DNA of 49,938 nucleotides, from positions 1-49,938 of the IMG/VR virus record IMGVR_UViG_3300047301_000123, one strand, 5' to 3'. The position numbers were made by a program, and so were the translations under genes. This document shows positions 35,324 through 46,383 of this stretch, piece by piece. The notes under the pieces are model-generated. The model had not been told where the DNA came from. It saw nothing but the letters and a program-made list of their open reading frames with translations, and ran no database searches. How positions within the stretch are numbered: the stretch's first letter is position 1; every line of letters starts with the position of its first letter. Source of the DNA: a virus. Taxonomy: Duplodnaviria > Caudoviricetes.

Positions 35324-38300
35324 CTATTTGTTATTAGCCATTTGGCTACGGGCTTCTGCTATTTGTTCAGGCGTATACTTACCCGAAGCTTCGGCGGCTG
35401 CTATCGCTTTAGCATCGGAGTCCGCAGTGTGTACGGTTGATTTTACACTACTAGCCGGTGCCATACCCAATTTTGTTCTAGCCTCTTGCTCGGTAGGCTT
35501 ACCGAAAAACCCGCTTTTCTTTTCCACATACGCGTCGACAGCGGCCTGTTCTCTGGCCGGTTTTTCAGTGGCGTATTGTTCGGCTTGTTCTGTCGTGCCA
35601 ATACGTTTCGTCCCATCATCCGCCATGTATTCCCGTGGCTTATTTGCATCATTTCCCACTTTACGATCATATTCTTTTTGTGCCAATCCTTGGGTTGCTT
35701 CGTGCTGAGCTTTCAGTTCCGCACGTTGGTTGGCATTGGCTTCCGCAGCCGTTTTGTTTTGAGCGGCTTGAATGTCCTGCCCTCTAGCGGTAAGCGCATT
35801 TTGGGCACCCGCGTGGATACCGGTTTGAGCCAACCCTTGACGTCTCAGATCATTGTCGATACCGTTTTGGGTAGCTGCAGCGCGACGGTTATTGGCATCA
35901 GAAGCGGTTTTGTTCGCGCTATCCTGCAAATTGGTCAACGAAGCTAGCTTACGCTCTGCTGCCTGCCGGGTATGTTTGGCCGCTATTCTATCGTCGAAAC
36001 TGGAAGCACTGCCTTCGGTATTAAGCTCCTGCTGCGCGGCCGCTATGGCTCCAGAGAAGTCTGGAGCTTGATAGTCTTGCTGTGCCTGCTGAACCTGAAC
36101 CGGTTTATTAGCTTCATCGAAGGCCGCTGCACGATCATGGCGACCTTGTACGATAGCCGCCTGCTCTGCTCGGTAGCCGTCGGAGTTTACCGGGTAGGAT
36201 GAACTTGAACCTGCCCCAGAGCCTGCATGGATACCCTGTTTGGCAATGTCCGCCATCTTCCGCATGGATTCGGCACTGCGCGGGTTTTTAGAGTTAACCC
36301 CAATGAAATCCCCGTTATCGCTAACCGATATTCTTTGCTCCGAGTAGGGTGCTGCTTTGCCATCCGGAGTAAAATGGTGGTTGTTATCAACGGTGCTTAG
36401 ATCAGCATTCTTGGCTTGCCCAGACTGGGTAGGGTCAACGTCAGTACCGTCGCGGGTATCCGCCGTTTTCTCCTTAGTGGTAGGAGTGTTGTCTGGCGTT
36501 CTGGCCACTTTTGCATCCGACAAATCAGTAAGCATCGGTGAGACAGGGATGTTATCGGCGTTCATATCCGCTACATGGCCGTATTCTCTTAGTGAACCGG
36601 CGTCAGCATGGGGTTGAGCGGGGCCATTCCATACTGTATTTGCGGTATCAGCTAAACTGGAAGCTCCTTTTGAAACAGCATCGGAAACAGAATTAGCCAG
36701 GGCCCCGTTTGCATCAGCAACCATATCGTATTCGTGCCCCAATACTCCTTTAACACCTTTGGTTCTATAGATTCCCGCGAGTTGTTTACCCCTGTCAAGG
36801 TCGCTCTGAGAGTTGCCTGTCATAGCGTCTATGGCACTTGGTAAGGACAGTGCCCCTAGCGATTTACCTGCTATACCTGCTGCTTTTCCAGCCGTATCTA
36901 GAAACTCACTTGTTTCAGTCGAAACCTTCCCGTTTTCTGGAACTCCTTTGGGGGTTCCAGCCTCTTTAAAAGAAGCATCCTGCCGCGCTTGCTCTGCTGC
37001 GAAGTTTTCAGCCTCTTTACTGGCGAAAGGCCGGGGTACGTTTTCGTTAACCATAGGTTGCGCTCGGGTAGCCAAACCTTTCTGCTCAAATGGAGTTAAG
37101 TTTTTACCTTCGGCGATAGGCTCCGCCCCGTGTACGTTCATTTCCGCCGACCGGTTGCTTACTCTATCGGCATGGGGAGGTTCTACGGGTGCTGCTAGTG
37201 GAGACTGCGTAGTGACGAGTTGCTTGGCCTTATCTATGCTACCGACCGCTATCCCCGAATGTATGTTCGCGGCCCCGGAAGTGCCGGGAATCTCGATAGC
37301 TGGCTTAGGCGCTATTTCATTTAGTGGTGGGGCGGGGTTAAAGGGCGCCATAGCAAAAGGTTTGGCTTCTGGGCCTGCTAAGCTTAGGTTTGACTTAGGT
37401 GTTACGCCTGGGGTCATGCCGGGTGCCGCTATAGGCACTCGGGGCGGATTGGCTATGCTTTTTTCAGCCCCTGATAACGCTTGTAACGGCTTGCCCATAC
37501 CAATGCTTTCATTAGGGCCTAGTTTTTGGCCTGCTATGTCTCCAGCGGTCGGTGTAAAAGTTGAAACTTTGGCTGTCACTGCTTCTGGAGCAGGAGCTTT
37601 AACCGGGCTCTGCAATCCAGGTAACTTTTCCGCGCTTGGTCCGGCTGCGCTGACTTCGCTTGAGGTCGGGGTGAACGAACCGGTGCTGGCACTTCCGCCC
37701 GTTGTTTTTAATTGTCCCGCGACTGGGGGCTGTTGGACTGGCATCGGTGCTATTTCAGCGGGTCCTTGCGAGGCAGCTTTTAAAGCTTGGTCGTCGGGGA
37801 TATAACCGCCAGCCGCATATACCACCCCATCCAGAACTTTAGAAACCACGCCTTTATGGGCATGCTCTGCGTTGAACTGCTCGATTGTTTTGTCTCCTAG
37901 CATTTTCTGCAGAGCTAAAACAGCATTGGAGTTAAGTACCGCTTCTCCCTTCGAGAGTTTTGCTGGTATGCTGTCTGAAGTCGTCGTTCCGGGGCCTTTA
38001 AGTACGCCGCTGCCTTGGGCATAGTGACCAGTTTCTGCATATTGTTTAGCATTTTCCGCAGACTCTGAATTGGAAGCGTCCATTTTTTCGCCTGTGCCGT
38101 AAGCCGAAGCACCACTGCCTATTTTCTGCTCAGTAGTGGCGGTATTCGCCTGCACGTTGTCCACCGCCCCACGCACCTCGCTAGAAGTTGCTGGTGCAGA
38201 AAGAATGCTTGCCTTTTTAGCGGCATTTATCTCCATCTGCGACATCTGGTGGCCGTCGGCGGCGAACTGTTTAGCTCTTTTAGGGGCGTTGATTTGGTTT

Positions 38301-38335
38301 ATAGCGGCGGCACGTTGTTGGTCTAAAGTTTCCAT
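35324..38335 (-). CDS. Putative internal virion/ejection protein (1003 aa, low complexity)
   Basis: GPGTTTSDSIPAKLSKGEAVL motif known from tape-measure and pilot proteins; rich in Ala, Pro and Gln; adjacent to the giant protein. Confidence 0.65.
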   Translation of the reverse strand: METLDQQRAAAINQINAPKRAKQFAADGHQMSQMEINAAKKASILSAPATSSEVRGAVDNVQANTATTEQKIGSGASAYGTGEKMDASNSESAENAKQYAETGHYAQGSGVLKGPGTTTSDSIPAKLSKGEAVLNSNAVLALQKMLGDKTIEQFNAEHAHKGVVSKVLDGVVYAAGGYIPDDQALKAASQGPAEIAPMPVQQPPVAGQLKTTGGSASTGSFTPTSSEVSAAGPSAEKLPGLQSPVKAPAPEAVTAKVSTFTPTAGDIAGQKLGPNESIGMGKPLQALSGAEKSIANPPRVPIAAPGMTPGVTPKSNLSLAGPEAKPFAMAPFNPAPPLNEIAPKPAIEIPGTSGAANIHSGIAVGSIDKAKQLVTTQSPLAAPVEPPHADRVSNRSAEMNVHGAEPIAEGKNLTPFEQKGLATRAQPMVNENVPRPFASKEAENFAAEQARQDASFKEAGTPKGVPENGKVSTETSEFLDTAGKAAGIAGKSLGALSLPSAIDAMTGNSQSDLDRGKQLAGIYRTKGVKGVLGHEYDMVADANGALANSVSDAVSKGASSLADTANTVWNGPAQPHADAGSLREYGHVADMNADNIPVSPMLTDLSDAKVARTPDNTPTTKEKTADTRDGTDVDPTQSGQAKNADLSTVDNNHHFTPDGKAAPYSEQRISVSDNGDFIGVNSKNPRSAESMRKMADIAKQGIHAGSGAGSSSSYPVNSDGYRAEQAAIVQGRHDRAAAFDEANKPVQVQQAQQDYQAPDFSGAIAAAQQELNTEGSASSFDDRIAAKHTRQAAERKLASLTNLQDSANKTASDANNRRAAATQNGIDNDLRRQGLAQTGIHAGAQNALTARGQDIQAAQNKTAAEANANQRAELKAQHEATQGLAQKEYDRKVGNDANKPREYMADDGTKRIGTTEQAEQYATEKPAREQAAVDAYVEKKSGFFGKPTEQEARTKLGMAPASSVKSTVHTADSDAKAIAAAEASGKYTPEQIAEARSQMANNK

Positions 38336-38347
38336 TTATATTCCTGT

Positions 38348-40267
38348 TTAGGCAGATGCGGATATGGCGCTAGAAGCGACGGTATTTAGTGATCCAAGAG
38401 CGGACGAAGCCATGGATTGATATGCACTTACCGAAGCAGCGGCTGCTTGCTCCGATATTTGCAGTTTCTGGACATCGATTTCCGCTTCTTTCAAAGCGGT
38501 CTGAACTTTCAGTTCATATTCCTTGATCAAGGCTTCCAACATTATCTTTGGGATTTCAAGATTAGCCTTGAAGGAGTCGATTGCGTTATTCAGTTCGGTC
38601 GAATATACCGATTGCGCCAGCTTCTTGACATCGGCATATGCGGTGAACTTTTGTAACGCCGCTTCGACATCCAGTTTATAGACCTCAGCCCCTGATTTGA
38701 AGACTTCGATTTTTGCATTGTTGGAAGTAGTCACCGCTTCCATGCCTTTAATCTGCGAGTCTAAGCGCAAGGTATCGATGTTAATTTGGCTTTCAAACGC
38801 GGTCAATTTAGCCAGTTCCCCTTGCAGTTTAGCTTTATCTCCCTCAATGGCTGACCGATACACCTCAAATCCAGCAACTTTAGCCTGGGTCTGTGCTTTG
38901 AAAACATCCGCTCGAATGGAGTAGCCTTTCATCTTCAGTTCTTCGATCTGGCCTTTTCTGGCTACCGCCTCAATTACCGCAGAAAACCGTTTTACCGCTA
39001 ATTCCTGTACCGCTATGTTGGCCTCTACCAGTTTGATCTGGGACATCTCAATGTCCTTTTTCATTTTTTCAGCTTCGAGTTCAAGCTTGTAGCCATCCAG
39101 TGCAGATAACGCCGATTTAAGCTGTATCTCGTATTGCTCACCGACGACTTTTAGAACCGATATAGATAGTTCCGCCCTCGCCAATAGGTGGTCGAACACT
39201 TTTTCCAGTTTCTCAGCAATGCTGTTCGCGTAGCCTACCGCCTGCTGCATCGTGTTGCCTAGTACTCCAGCGTAAGCTATCGCAGTGCCACGAACGCTTT
39301 GTATTTGTGCTGATGCTAAACCCATAACCAGTTGTACGTGTTGTATCTCTGTTTTACGGCGCTCGATGTAAATATCCGTGGCTTGGTTGGCCAGGGCATC
39401 GGCACCTTTCAACCGTGCGATAAAACGCGCCGATAGCATGGCACCTGGCGGAGCTATAAACCCACTCTTAGCAAAAGACTCCAGGTAACTGTCTTCGGCT
39501 GCCGTGAACTCTCGTTCGGTTCTGCCTTGGGCACGATTAAACATTCCAGCTTCGAACTGATCGGGAAGTATCCCGCCGTCCATTCCGGTGCTTACTTTAG
39601 CTTGTAGTTGCGTTAACCAGGGTTGGTATTCAGGTGCGTATTGCGCGATCCACAGTGACATTTTATCGTCGATGAAAGCTTGCATCTCTGGCAACATGCG
39701 GTTGTACGTGCTATCCATGGCGGTAGCGTAATCTACGGGGTCACGGATCGCGTCGGGTACCGGTGGGGCGTCGTAAACTGGGATGTTGAGTATCGGCGCT
39801 GATCCTATGCTAAACGGCGTAAGCACGGGCATGTCGATAGCTTGTATTGAAGGTAGCGCCAGGGCATTCATCTCCGCTACCAAGGCGTCGATCTGCATAT
39901 CGGGGGCGGCTTCATTGAAGTCAGGCAGGTTGCTGGACGGCGCTACTTGGGCAAATAAACCCGCAGTAGCTATAATTGGTATCGTCCGGTCTGGGGGCAG
40001 TGTTATCGGGCTTATGCCTGTCAGCTCTGGAGCACTAGGTAAGATAGACAAAGGGGGCTCATAGACCGGCATAGCCACGGCATCTTTGACCGGGGCAACA
40101 TACGCCGGTAAATCAGCGTGGGTTAAATCCAGTTCTACGCCGGTTATGATAGTCGGATCGTAGGCTCTGACTAAGTTCATCAACTCCCCGACCAGGAAAC
40201 CCGTGGTACTGGCGTAGCTGGCTGACCTAATCTCTGCGTTTTGAATAAGTGTATCTACGGAAGCCAT
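38348..40267 (-). CDS. Putative virion structural protein, long coiled coil
   Basis: Pro-rich N-terminus followed by extended heptads; position in the structural arm. Confidence 0.6.
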   Translation of the reverse strand: MASVDTLIQNAEIRSASYASTTGFLVGELMNLVRAYDPTIITGVELDLTHADLPAYVAPVKDAVAMPVYEPPLSILPSAPELTGISPITLPPDRTIPIIATAGLFAQVAPSSNLPDFNEAAPDMQIDALVAEMNALALPSIQAIDMPVLTPFSIGSAPILNIPVYDAPPVPDAIRDPVDYATAMDSTYNRMLPEMQAFIDDKMSLWIAQYAPEYQPWLTQLQAKVSTGMDGGILPDQFEAGMFNRAQGRTEREFTAAEDSYLESFAKSGFIAPPGAMLSARFIARLKGADALANQATDIYIERRKTEIQHVQLVMGLASAQIQSVRGTAIAYAGVLGNTMQQAVGYANSIAEKLEKVFDHLLARAELSISVLKVVGEQYEIQLKSALSALDGYKLELEAEKMKKDIEMSQIKLVEANIAVQELAVKRFSAVIEAVARKGQIEELKMKGYSIRADVFKAQTQAKVAGFEVYRSAIEGDKAKLQGELAKLTAFESQINIDTLRLDSQIKGMEAVTTSNNAKIEVFKSGAEVYKLDVEAALQKFTAYADVKKLAQSVYSTELNNAIDSFKANLEIPKIMLEALIKEYELKVQTALKEAEIDVQKLQISEQAAAASVSAYQSMASSALGSLNTVASSAISASA

Positions 40268-42024
40268 TATTTAACCCTGCGTTGTTTTTGTTCAGGAAGA
40301 AGTTCTAAACCTTCTATTTTCACCACATTCTCTACACGGAACCGCCAGTATCGACCTTCTAAGCCCCTGGCTATTTTTATCTTTCGGCCTCCGAAAGAGC
40401 TTAAATAGCGTGGTTTTTGCACCGCATCGACAAACGGTATTGCTACTGTGGGTGTATCGGATTGCAAGTACACGTAGGGTATGTATTTGGCTTGGGTGGT
40501 TCCTAGGTCGGTTTCTTTAGTGGCGATTGTACCATTGATTGCAACCGTTGCATCGGTCGTTCCTTCAAGTAAGTACAGTCCGTCCGGTTTGACTCCGTAA
40601 TGCTTGCCCGCTAGAGCGATAACATGGCTAAAACCGAAGTTCGAATATTTAGTGGACTCAGTAGTCTTCACATTCATAACATAGGCCAGTGCATTGCTTA
40701 TGTTGGTATTCAGTTCGGCATGCAGACTGAAAGTGGGTCCAGCCAGGGCGATATTGTTGTAGCTTAAGTAGGAGTCGAAGAAACCTAAAGTGATATTTCC
40801 GCGCTGCTGGTAGGTTCCGGTCGCAGCAATGCTCAGTGTGGGGAAACCCAGGCTTGCGTTGGCTCTGTCTGGGGCGACTCCAGAAGCGGAGACAGAGAAG
40901 CTCGGGGAACTTATTGCTACATTCGCTCCTCCTCTCGCAGTCAGGGTTGAGCTTACAAAACCTAAGTTGATGTTGCTTTCGGCCGCTACCGTGGCACTCG
41001 CCGATAAGGTCGAGGTGAACAGGGTCAAGCTTGCGGCCATCGTGTCCGGCACCGTACCTGTCGATACCAGTGTCGGCAGTGTGAAAGCTGCGGACGTGTT
41101 GGCTCCACCCCTGACCGATAGCGTGGTGTTGAACAGGTCGGCGGTTATGCTGTTGGGTATGTTTGTGTGGCTTGTGGCATACAGGCCGAAGACTGGGGCG
41201 GGTAAATCCGTATTCCATGCGCCTAGTATTACTAAGGTAGTATTTATGAAGTCCGCTGCGATGGTACCAGTCTCGTTTCGGCCACGCAGAAAGGTGCCTG
41301 AAGCAACCGATATGGTTAAGGTCGCCGCTCCAGCCAAGGTATTCGTGGTGTGGAGTGGGTCGTCAAAAGCCGCTACGGGGGGCGTGAAATTGGCGGTGTA
41401 ACGGGCTATTCCCTCCGTAACCCGTATCTCGTCCATATACCCGATAAAGGTATTTCCGCCCGGAAGACTGTAAGCATTAGCCCCTATAACTGGCCCGGAA
41501 CCCCCTATGGCATAATTTACGGAATCAGAATACGTGCCCCCTTTCTGCACACCGTCCTGAAAAAGTTTTGTAGAGGTTCCTGATCGGGTCAGGGCGATGT
41601 GGTACCAAGTGTTAGCTGATAATGCAGAAGCAGATTGTATTATAACCGCAGCGTTAACGCGAACCGCCAAGGTGTTGCTAGGGTCTATGTAAATTGAGGC
41701 ATAGCCCCCATCTCCGCTTCCTCCCCGCGCATCGTAAATAAATTTGCTGATGCCGTTTACAACGGTGGGGTATACCCAGAACTCGATAGTAAAATCGCCG
41801 GTAGCAAAAGCAAATTCACTAGAGCCATCAAGGGTTAAATAATCTCCGGTCCCATCAAAATATGCACTCGCCCCCCCGAATTTACTTACGGCCGTAGAAA
41901 TTTTAGCGCCTCCAACCGGGGTAACCGTGTGTGGGTTAAAAGACGTGTCCGTAAAAACGGTGGTGTTATCGCCCCCGTCACAGTGTAGTAACAGCTTGGT
42001 GCTGCTTTGGTATAAATCGGCCAT
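40267..42024 (-). CDS. Tail-associated protein with LamG/concanavalin A-like domain
   Basis: LLLHCDG, SKFGGASAYFDGTGDYL, DFTIEFW, WYHIALTR, GYMDEIRVT.GIARYTANFTPP. Confidence 0.8.
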   Translation of the reverse strand: MADLYQSSTKLLLHCDGGDNTTVFTDTSFNPHTVTPVGGAKISTAVSKFGGASAYFDGTGDYLTLDGSSEFAFATGDFTIEFWVYPTVVNGISKFIYDARGGSGDGGYASIYIDPSNTLAVRVNAAVIIQSASALSANTWYHIALTRSGTSTKLFQDGVQKGGTYSDSVNYAIGGSGPVIGANAYSLPGGNTFIGYMDEIRVTEGIARYTANFTPPVAAFDDPLHTTNTLAGAATLTISVASGTFLRGRNETGTIAADFINTTLVILGAWNTDLPAPVFGLYATSHTNIPNSITADLFNTTLSVRGGANTSAAFTLPTLVSTGTVPDTMAASLTLFTSTLSASATVAAESNINLGFVSSTLTARGGANVAISSPSFSVSASGVAPDRANASLGFPTLSIAATGTYQQRGNITLGFFDSYLSYNNIALAGPTFSLHAELNTNISNALAYVMNVKTTESTKYSNFGFSHVIALAGKHYGVKPDGLYLLEGTTDATVAINGTIATKETDLGTTQAKYIPYVYLQSDTPTVAIPFVDAVQKPRYLSSFGGRKIKIARGLEGRYWRFRVENVVKIEGLELLPEQKQRRVK

Positions 42025-42034
42025 ATTAGTCGCT

Positions 42035-42442
42035 CTACGCTAGAGTTATGGTCGGGGTTATAACATATGTGTCCCCGGAAGTAATCGCGTACTGTCCAGC
42101 AGGGTCTATTTCAATAGCTATAAGACGTGGGGTAGCCCCCTTAGTAATGATGAAATACCCATAGACAGCAGCAGAGAAACTACCACCGTCTCCTATAAAT
42201 GCTTGGGGGGCGTAGCTGGCAACACTACCAGTTATCGCCCAGGAAGCATCGGTTAAAGTCTTCATAGCATACCCCCCAGCGCCGGTGGGCTGAGTTACGC
42301 TCGCCGCCGTAAGAGCGTTGGTAACCCCTGATGCGTTCGTAAATAACCCCAAATACATATCTGCGGCCCTATCTACAGATGCACCTTTGAATAAAAAGGT
42401 AGCTGATACATTCAGCCCTTCTGTCGCTATAATTCCTGCCAT
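42035..42442 (-). CDS. Putative tail structural protein
   Basis: YLGLFT...GY...W...VYGYF pattern. Confidence 0.6.
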   Translation of the reverse strand: MAGIIATEGLNVSATFLFKGASVDRAADMYLGLFTNASGVTNALTAASVTQPTGAGGYAMKTLTDASWAITGSVASYAPQAFIGDGGSFSAAVYGYFIITKGATPRLIAIEIDPAGQYAITSGDTYVITPTITLA

Positions 42443-42463
42443 ATCCGTATCCTATCTGTAAGT

Positions 42464-44746
42464 TTAAGCCCAGCCAACGGCTGCACGATAATCGAAATGT
42501 CTAGTATGTGACGCTAAAGAAGCCTGGTAGAAAGCTAGATATGACCCTTGTATAGATTGCACCGTGGAGATAGAAGGGATGTCCTCCAAGCCCGTAACCC
42601 ATGGGTAGAAAAGAGCTCTTAGTACAGGATCAGTTAATCCGTCAATAGTGGTGTTGGTTTCAATAAGGTCTACTCCAGCGTCGCCACCCGCCATATATAC
42701 CTTAAGCTGATGGGTCTGGACTGGTGGGGTATCAACGTTGGTACTCGATAGCTGCTCATGGAAGCTATAATTCGTATTGAAGGTACGGGGGTCGTATAGG
42801 GACGGGGCCGAACCTGACGGGCCGTGATGGAAAACAGCCGCTACCTCAGAGATTATTTTGGAATCATTTAAAATGTCAACGGACTGATACGAAGCAGACG
42901 TGTTGTGCCTATAATCATATATAAGCACCGCTGAAGCGTCTTTATCCGGTATGCAGATAGCTTGGGCTGCGTAACTAGACGGTCTCACTTCTGTGAACGT
43001 GCTAAATGTGTCTAGGAATGTGCCATATAAAGCGGAATACTCGTCCGCAGTATTTTCGTTATTGAAATACTTCTCCGAGGCACTATAACCTGTAATACCT
43101 CCGGCAATAAGTCCGGGGCCAATCCCAACAGCATTAGCTGATGTTGGATTAGTTGCAGGCCTACCCTCTGCAATTATCCGAACTCCTTGCGTAGCCCCTC
43201 CATTGCTCCACGTACCGGAGATTGTGTCCAAGCCAACTGATATACTTGCCCCACCCACCATCAAACCCCCTGAGGAATGCGTGACATCCGTAAGTATTGT
43301 CACGGTTTCTACCCCCGTTATAGGTGCGGTTGTGTATTCTGGGGTAACTAGTAGTGCGGGGGATGTAATCCCTTGGGTTAAGGTTACATCCACGGCTGTG
43401 TTTTTGTCGAAATAGGCGTAAACTACGGCTGATCCACTGCTTACCTGGCCAGCATTTGGGGTTTGTCCGGCAGGGATGTGACCTGCTAACCACTGTACTT
43501 TTCCTCTATGCGGTGTGGATATGTGGATATTGGTCAGGAAGGTAGAAATTGACCCAGTGCTTGTCTCAGAAGCCGTTGCAGTAACTTCTAGGATAGAATC
43601 ATTGAATATCCAGGCTATCTCTAGTTCCGCTTTAGTGAAGGTAGTATTGAATGAATTTACTCCCTCACCGGTATAAAGCACCATGACTCCTTTCGTACCG
43701 TCATTACTAAACTTCCAACTATAGTTTAACGGGGTGCCAGCCGTGGGTGGGTTTACTATAGGCGTCCAATCTAGCAGAATATTGCCTACAACACAGGTTG
43801 ATAGCACAAACGATTGTATTTTTTGCAACTCCACCGGATCAGTAAAAGACGCATATTCTTTGAGTAACTTGTTAGCCAAAGGATTAGTTGACACTAATTC
43901 CCTCACCTGAAAAGTCTGGGTTTCTACAATCATTATCGCTATGCTGTATGTCCCCATGTTATTTAAAAAAACTACATTATACCCGAACGTGTAAGGGCGT
44001 AGTGGTAGTGTGGAATTGAACTCTGTCCATAGTTTTTCTATTAGTGGTATTTCTATCCCTATGTAATTAAAGTCCTGATCAATGCTTATGTGTAGGTCAT
44101 TGCGATCTGAACCATAGATTGATTGGATGAACAGTTTAGCCATCCCCGTAAACATAGACCCTGGGAACAAACTCATGAGTGTTTTTTTCTCGGAGTAGTC
44201 GGTTTTATTGTAACCCTTAACTACTTCTGGGAAACTTAGAGGTAGCTCTCCTGTTTCTGCTATATCCACAAGGTCTATATACATATTACCGGTAGCACAA
44301 GAGAGGGTTCCTTCGGGAATATCCGCGCTGCTTATCTTATGTGCGTCTACGTACACTGGTGGAGTAAGTATTAAGTCCCAGTAATTTAAAGCTTTTTGCC
44401 GTAGAACTTCTCCTGTATAACTGATCAGCCCATTCAGTTTATTAGTTGGTAGATAAAAGGATGTGTGGAACGTCCCCGGCATGTAGTATTCCTGGCTTAA
44501 TATAGCCGTAGAAAAGTCTATGATCCCGCACTCCATATAAATATGACCTCCCCCAACATAAATCCACGCCTGCGGCTGTCCGGCCACCATCTTCACGAAT
44601 ATCTTTACCCCATCCTTGGGGAAGTGCCACTCCTGCATGAACGCATTGTTGATGGCGTAGCGTTGGGCAAGCACCCGCTTGTACCAGTCGGCTTGCGACC
44701 ACCAGACCGCACCAGCGGCTATGTCACCCATGATGATGGTGGACAT
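42464..44746 (-). CDS. Putative tail/receptor-binding protein (760 aa)
   Basis: Beta-rich, T/S/G-rich; located in the structural arm. Confidence 0.5.
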   Translation of the reverse strand: MSTIIMGDIAAGAVWWSQADWYKRVLAQRYAINNAFMQEWHFPKDGVKIFVKMVAGQPQAWIYVGGGHIYMECGIIDFSTAILSQEYYMPGTFHTSFYLPTNKLNGLISYTGEVLRQKALNYWDLILTPPVYVDAHKISSADIPEGTLSCATGNMYIDLVDIAETGELPLSFPEVVKGYNKTDYSEKKTLMSLFPGSMFTGMAKLFIQSIYGSDRNDLHISIDQDFNYIGIEIPLIEKLWTEFNSTLPLRPYTFGYNVVFLNNMGTYSIAIMIVETQTFQVRELVSTNPLANKLLKEYASFTDPVELQKIQSFVLSTCVVGNILLDWTPIVNPPTAGTPLNYSWKFSNDGTKGVMVLYTGEGVNSFNTTFTKAELEIAWIFNDSILEVTATASETSTGSISTFLTNIHISTPHRGKVQWLAGHIPAGQTPNAGQVSSGSAVVYAYFDKNTAVDVTLTQGITSPALLVTPEYTTAPITGVETVTILTDVTHSSGGLMVGGASISVGLDTISGTWSNGGATQGVRIIAEGRPATNPTSANAVGIGPGLIAGGITGYSASEKYFNNENTADEYSALYGTFLDTFSTFTEVRPSSYAAQAICIPDKDASAVLIYDYRHNTSASYQSVDILNDSKIISEVAAVFHHGPSGSAPSLYDPRTFNTNYSFHEQLSSTNVDTPPVQTHQLKVYMAGGDAGVDLIETNTTIDGLTDPVLRALFYPWVTGLEDIPSISTVQSIQGSYLAFYQASLASHTRHFDYRAAVGWA

Positions 44747-45217
44747 TTAGGCGGCGGTTATCACGAAACTATCGATCGTTGCCGTGGACCCGATAGCTGA
44801 TGTAACGTTTGTGACTCGTAAGTCACCAGTCGTTATTCCAATCGAACCATCGATACGGACCAGGCTTGTGCTCAGTGAATCGTTGTCCACTGCGTTGGCT
44901 TGAAAACGAAACCAGCCCATCGTGCCGGCCGCTACACCAGTATATGTCCAGCCCGAAGCGGCCTTAGAAACTGTTCTTCCGACTGGGGCTAATAGCTGCA
45001 AGCCGCCCGTTGGTGACCCCTCTGTGAATGCCAAACCTGCGGTGGTAATGCTCCCCAATAAAGTACCTGTTGGGGCATCGTTTGCACTGGCAGGCTGTGC
45101 TCCAGAATATACTCTGATCACGCCGTTTTTCATTAAGCCTTTAAGGCCGTTAGCGCCGGTTTCTACGCCTTGCTCACCAAAAAGAGCTGTTATAAGTCCG
45201 TCCGAATATTGTACCAT
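44747..45217 (-). CDS. Putative virion structural protein
   Basis: IRVYSGAQPASANDA.TGTLL, GTMGWFR, RIDGSIG. Confidence 0.65.
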   Translation of the reverse strand: MVQYSDGLITALFGEQGVETGANGLKGLMKNGVIRVYSGAQPASANDAPTGTLLGSITTAGLAFTEGSPTGGLQLLAPVGRTVSKAASGWTYTGVAAGTMGWFRFQANAVDNDSLSTSLVRIDGSIGITTGDLRVTNVTSAIGSTATIDSFVITAA

Positions 45218-45240
45218 TTGTAACCCCTTGATTTATATAG

Positions 45241-46338
45241 TTAATATCTTGCATTGAAAGCCTTACCGGAACCATCCGATAAAGCGAGAAATTTAATCAA
45301 GCCGTCCTGATTTACGACGGCGGTACTGCATTGCGCTCCAGCTGGAAAGCTGGCTTTCTTTTCGGTTAGATTTGAAAATAGAGGTGCCGTACAGACACCA
45401 CGTTTTGTCCATACCAGTACCGAACCATCCGGAACTCGAACCATTGATCGACCAGGGACTACCCCGTAGCCAGCCAACAGGAGCAAAGTGTCAGAATAGG
45501 AGTACAGCGCGGCATCGGTGCCGATCACCAATCCTTGTGGTGTTCCGACCATATCTTCGACTTTACCTGGGACGATGATGTAGTCCTTAACGTAGTCGAA
45601 CAGGTGGTAGTGGAATGCGCTGCTAAAAAATATGACGGAACTGCCGTTGTCCAGGGACTGACTGCACCATAATTTTCCCGCGTAGAAAGCTACTTTTTCA
45701 GTGTTTTCGGGGAAGGAGTTGGCTAAAACTTGAACCGGCGCCAGTTGGATTCCCGAGGCATCGTAATACACCGTGCCGTTGGCATCGGTCAAGTAAATGA
45801 TTGCTGTATAGCCCACAGGAGCTTGGATGGGTGCGATCTGAACCCCGCCTTCGGTAAGCAGTTCGATAGAGCCTACGGGGGATGACCCAGATTCAAGTCC
45901 GGAAGCGGCTCGAAAGCAGTACATAGCACTGTAAACACCCGCTGGCATAGGGCCTTGGATGACGCTAAGTTGCGGGGCGTAGTTTGGGGCTTGTATCTTT
46001 AAATCGGTCGCTATGCCATCTTCAACTTTATGCCCGTCGTTTGTGAATAAAACACCGCCGAAATCGCAAAAATTTTTAGCTGTAGAGGCTGTAATTGGGA
46101 CTAAGCTAAGATCGGGCAGGAGTTTATTTAAAACGCCGCCCGTGACGATATAGGCTTCTTGGTCAAGCGTGGAGTATGCGGTGGTGTTGGTTGCCGAGAG
46201 CGAAAGGGTGTATCCGTTTCTTCGGGTTATCGCACCTTCATCGGATATATCGACATCGGTGGCTTCAGACAAAGCGCTGTTAGGAATCGACCGTATAGGT
46301 TCAGCATTTCTAATTCCTAAAAAGGCATTTATTAGCAC
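45241..46338 (-). CDS. Putative tail tube/stabilization-like structural protein
   Basis: FLGIRN, ATDVDISDEG.I.RRNGY N-terminus, beta-propeller-like sequence. Confidence 0.6.
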   Translation of the reverse strand: MLINAFLGIRNAEPIRSIPNSALSEATDVDISDEGAITRRNGYTLSLSATNTTAYSTLDQEAYIVTGGVLNKLLPDLSLVPITASTAKNFCDFGGVLFTNDGHKVEDGIATDLKIQAPNYAPQLSVIQGPMPAGVYSAMYCFRAASGLESGSSPVGSIELLTEGGVQIAPIQAPVGYTAIIYLTDANGTVYYDASGIQLAPVQVLANSFPENTEKVAFYAGKLWCSQSLDNGSSVIFFSSAFHYHLFDYVKDYIIVPGKVEDMVGTPQGLVIGTDAALYSYSDTLLLLAGYGVVPGRSMVRVPDGSVLVWTKRGVCTAPLFSNLTEKKASFPAGAQCSTAVVNQDGLIKFLALSDGSGKAFNARY

Positions 46339-46383
46339 GATGTCTTATCCATCTAGTTGATTTTTGGGTACTATAGCACGTTT

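Noticed and set aside
23030-37805. Numerous + strand ORFs, such as 36813-37805 and 32485-33099
   Set aside because: Antisense shadows of the long - strand virion genes, with no recognisable motifs.
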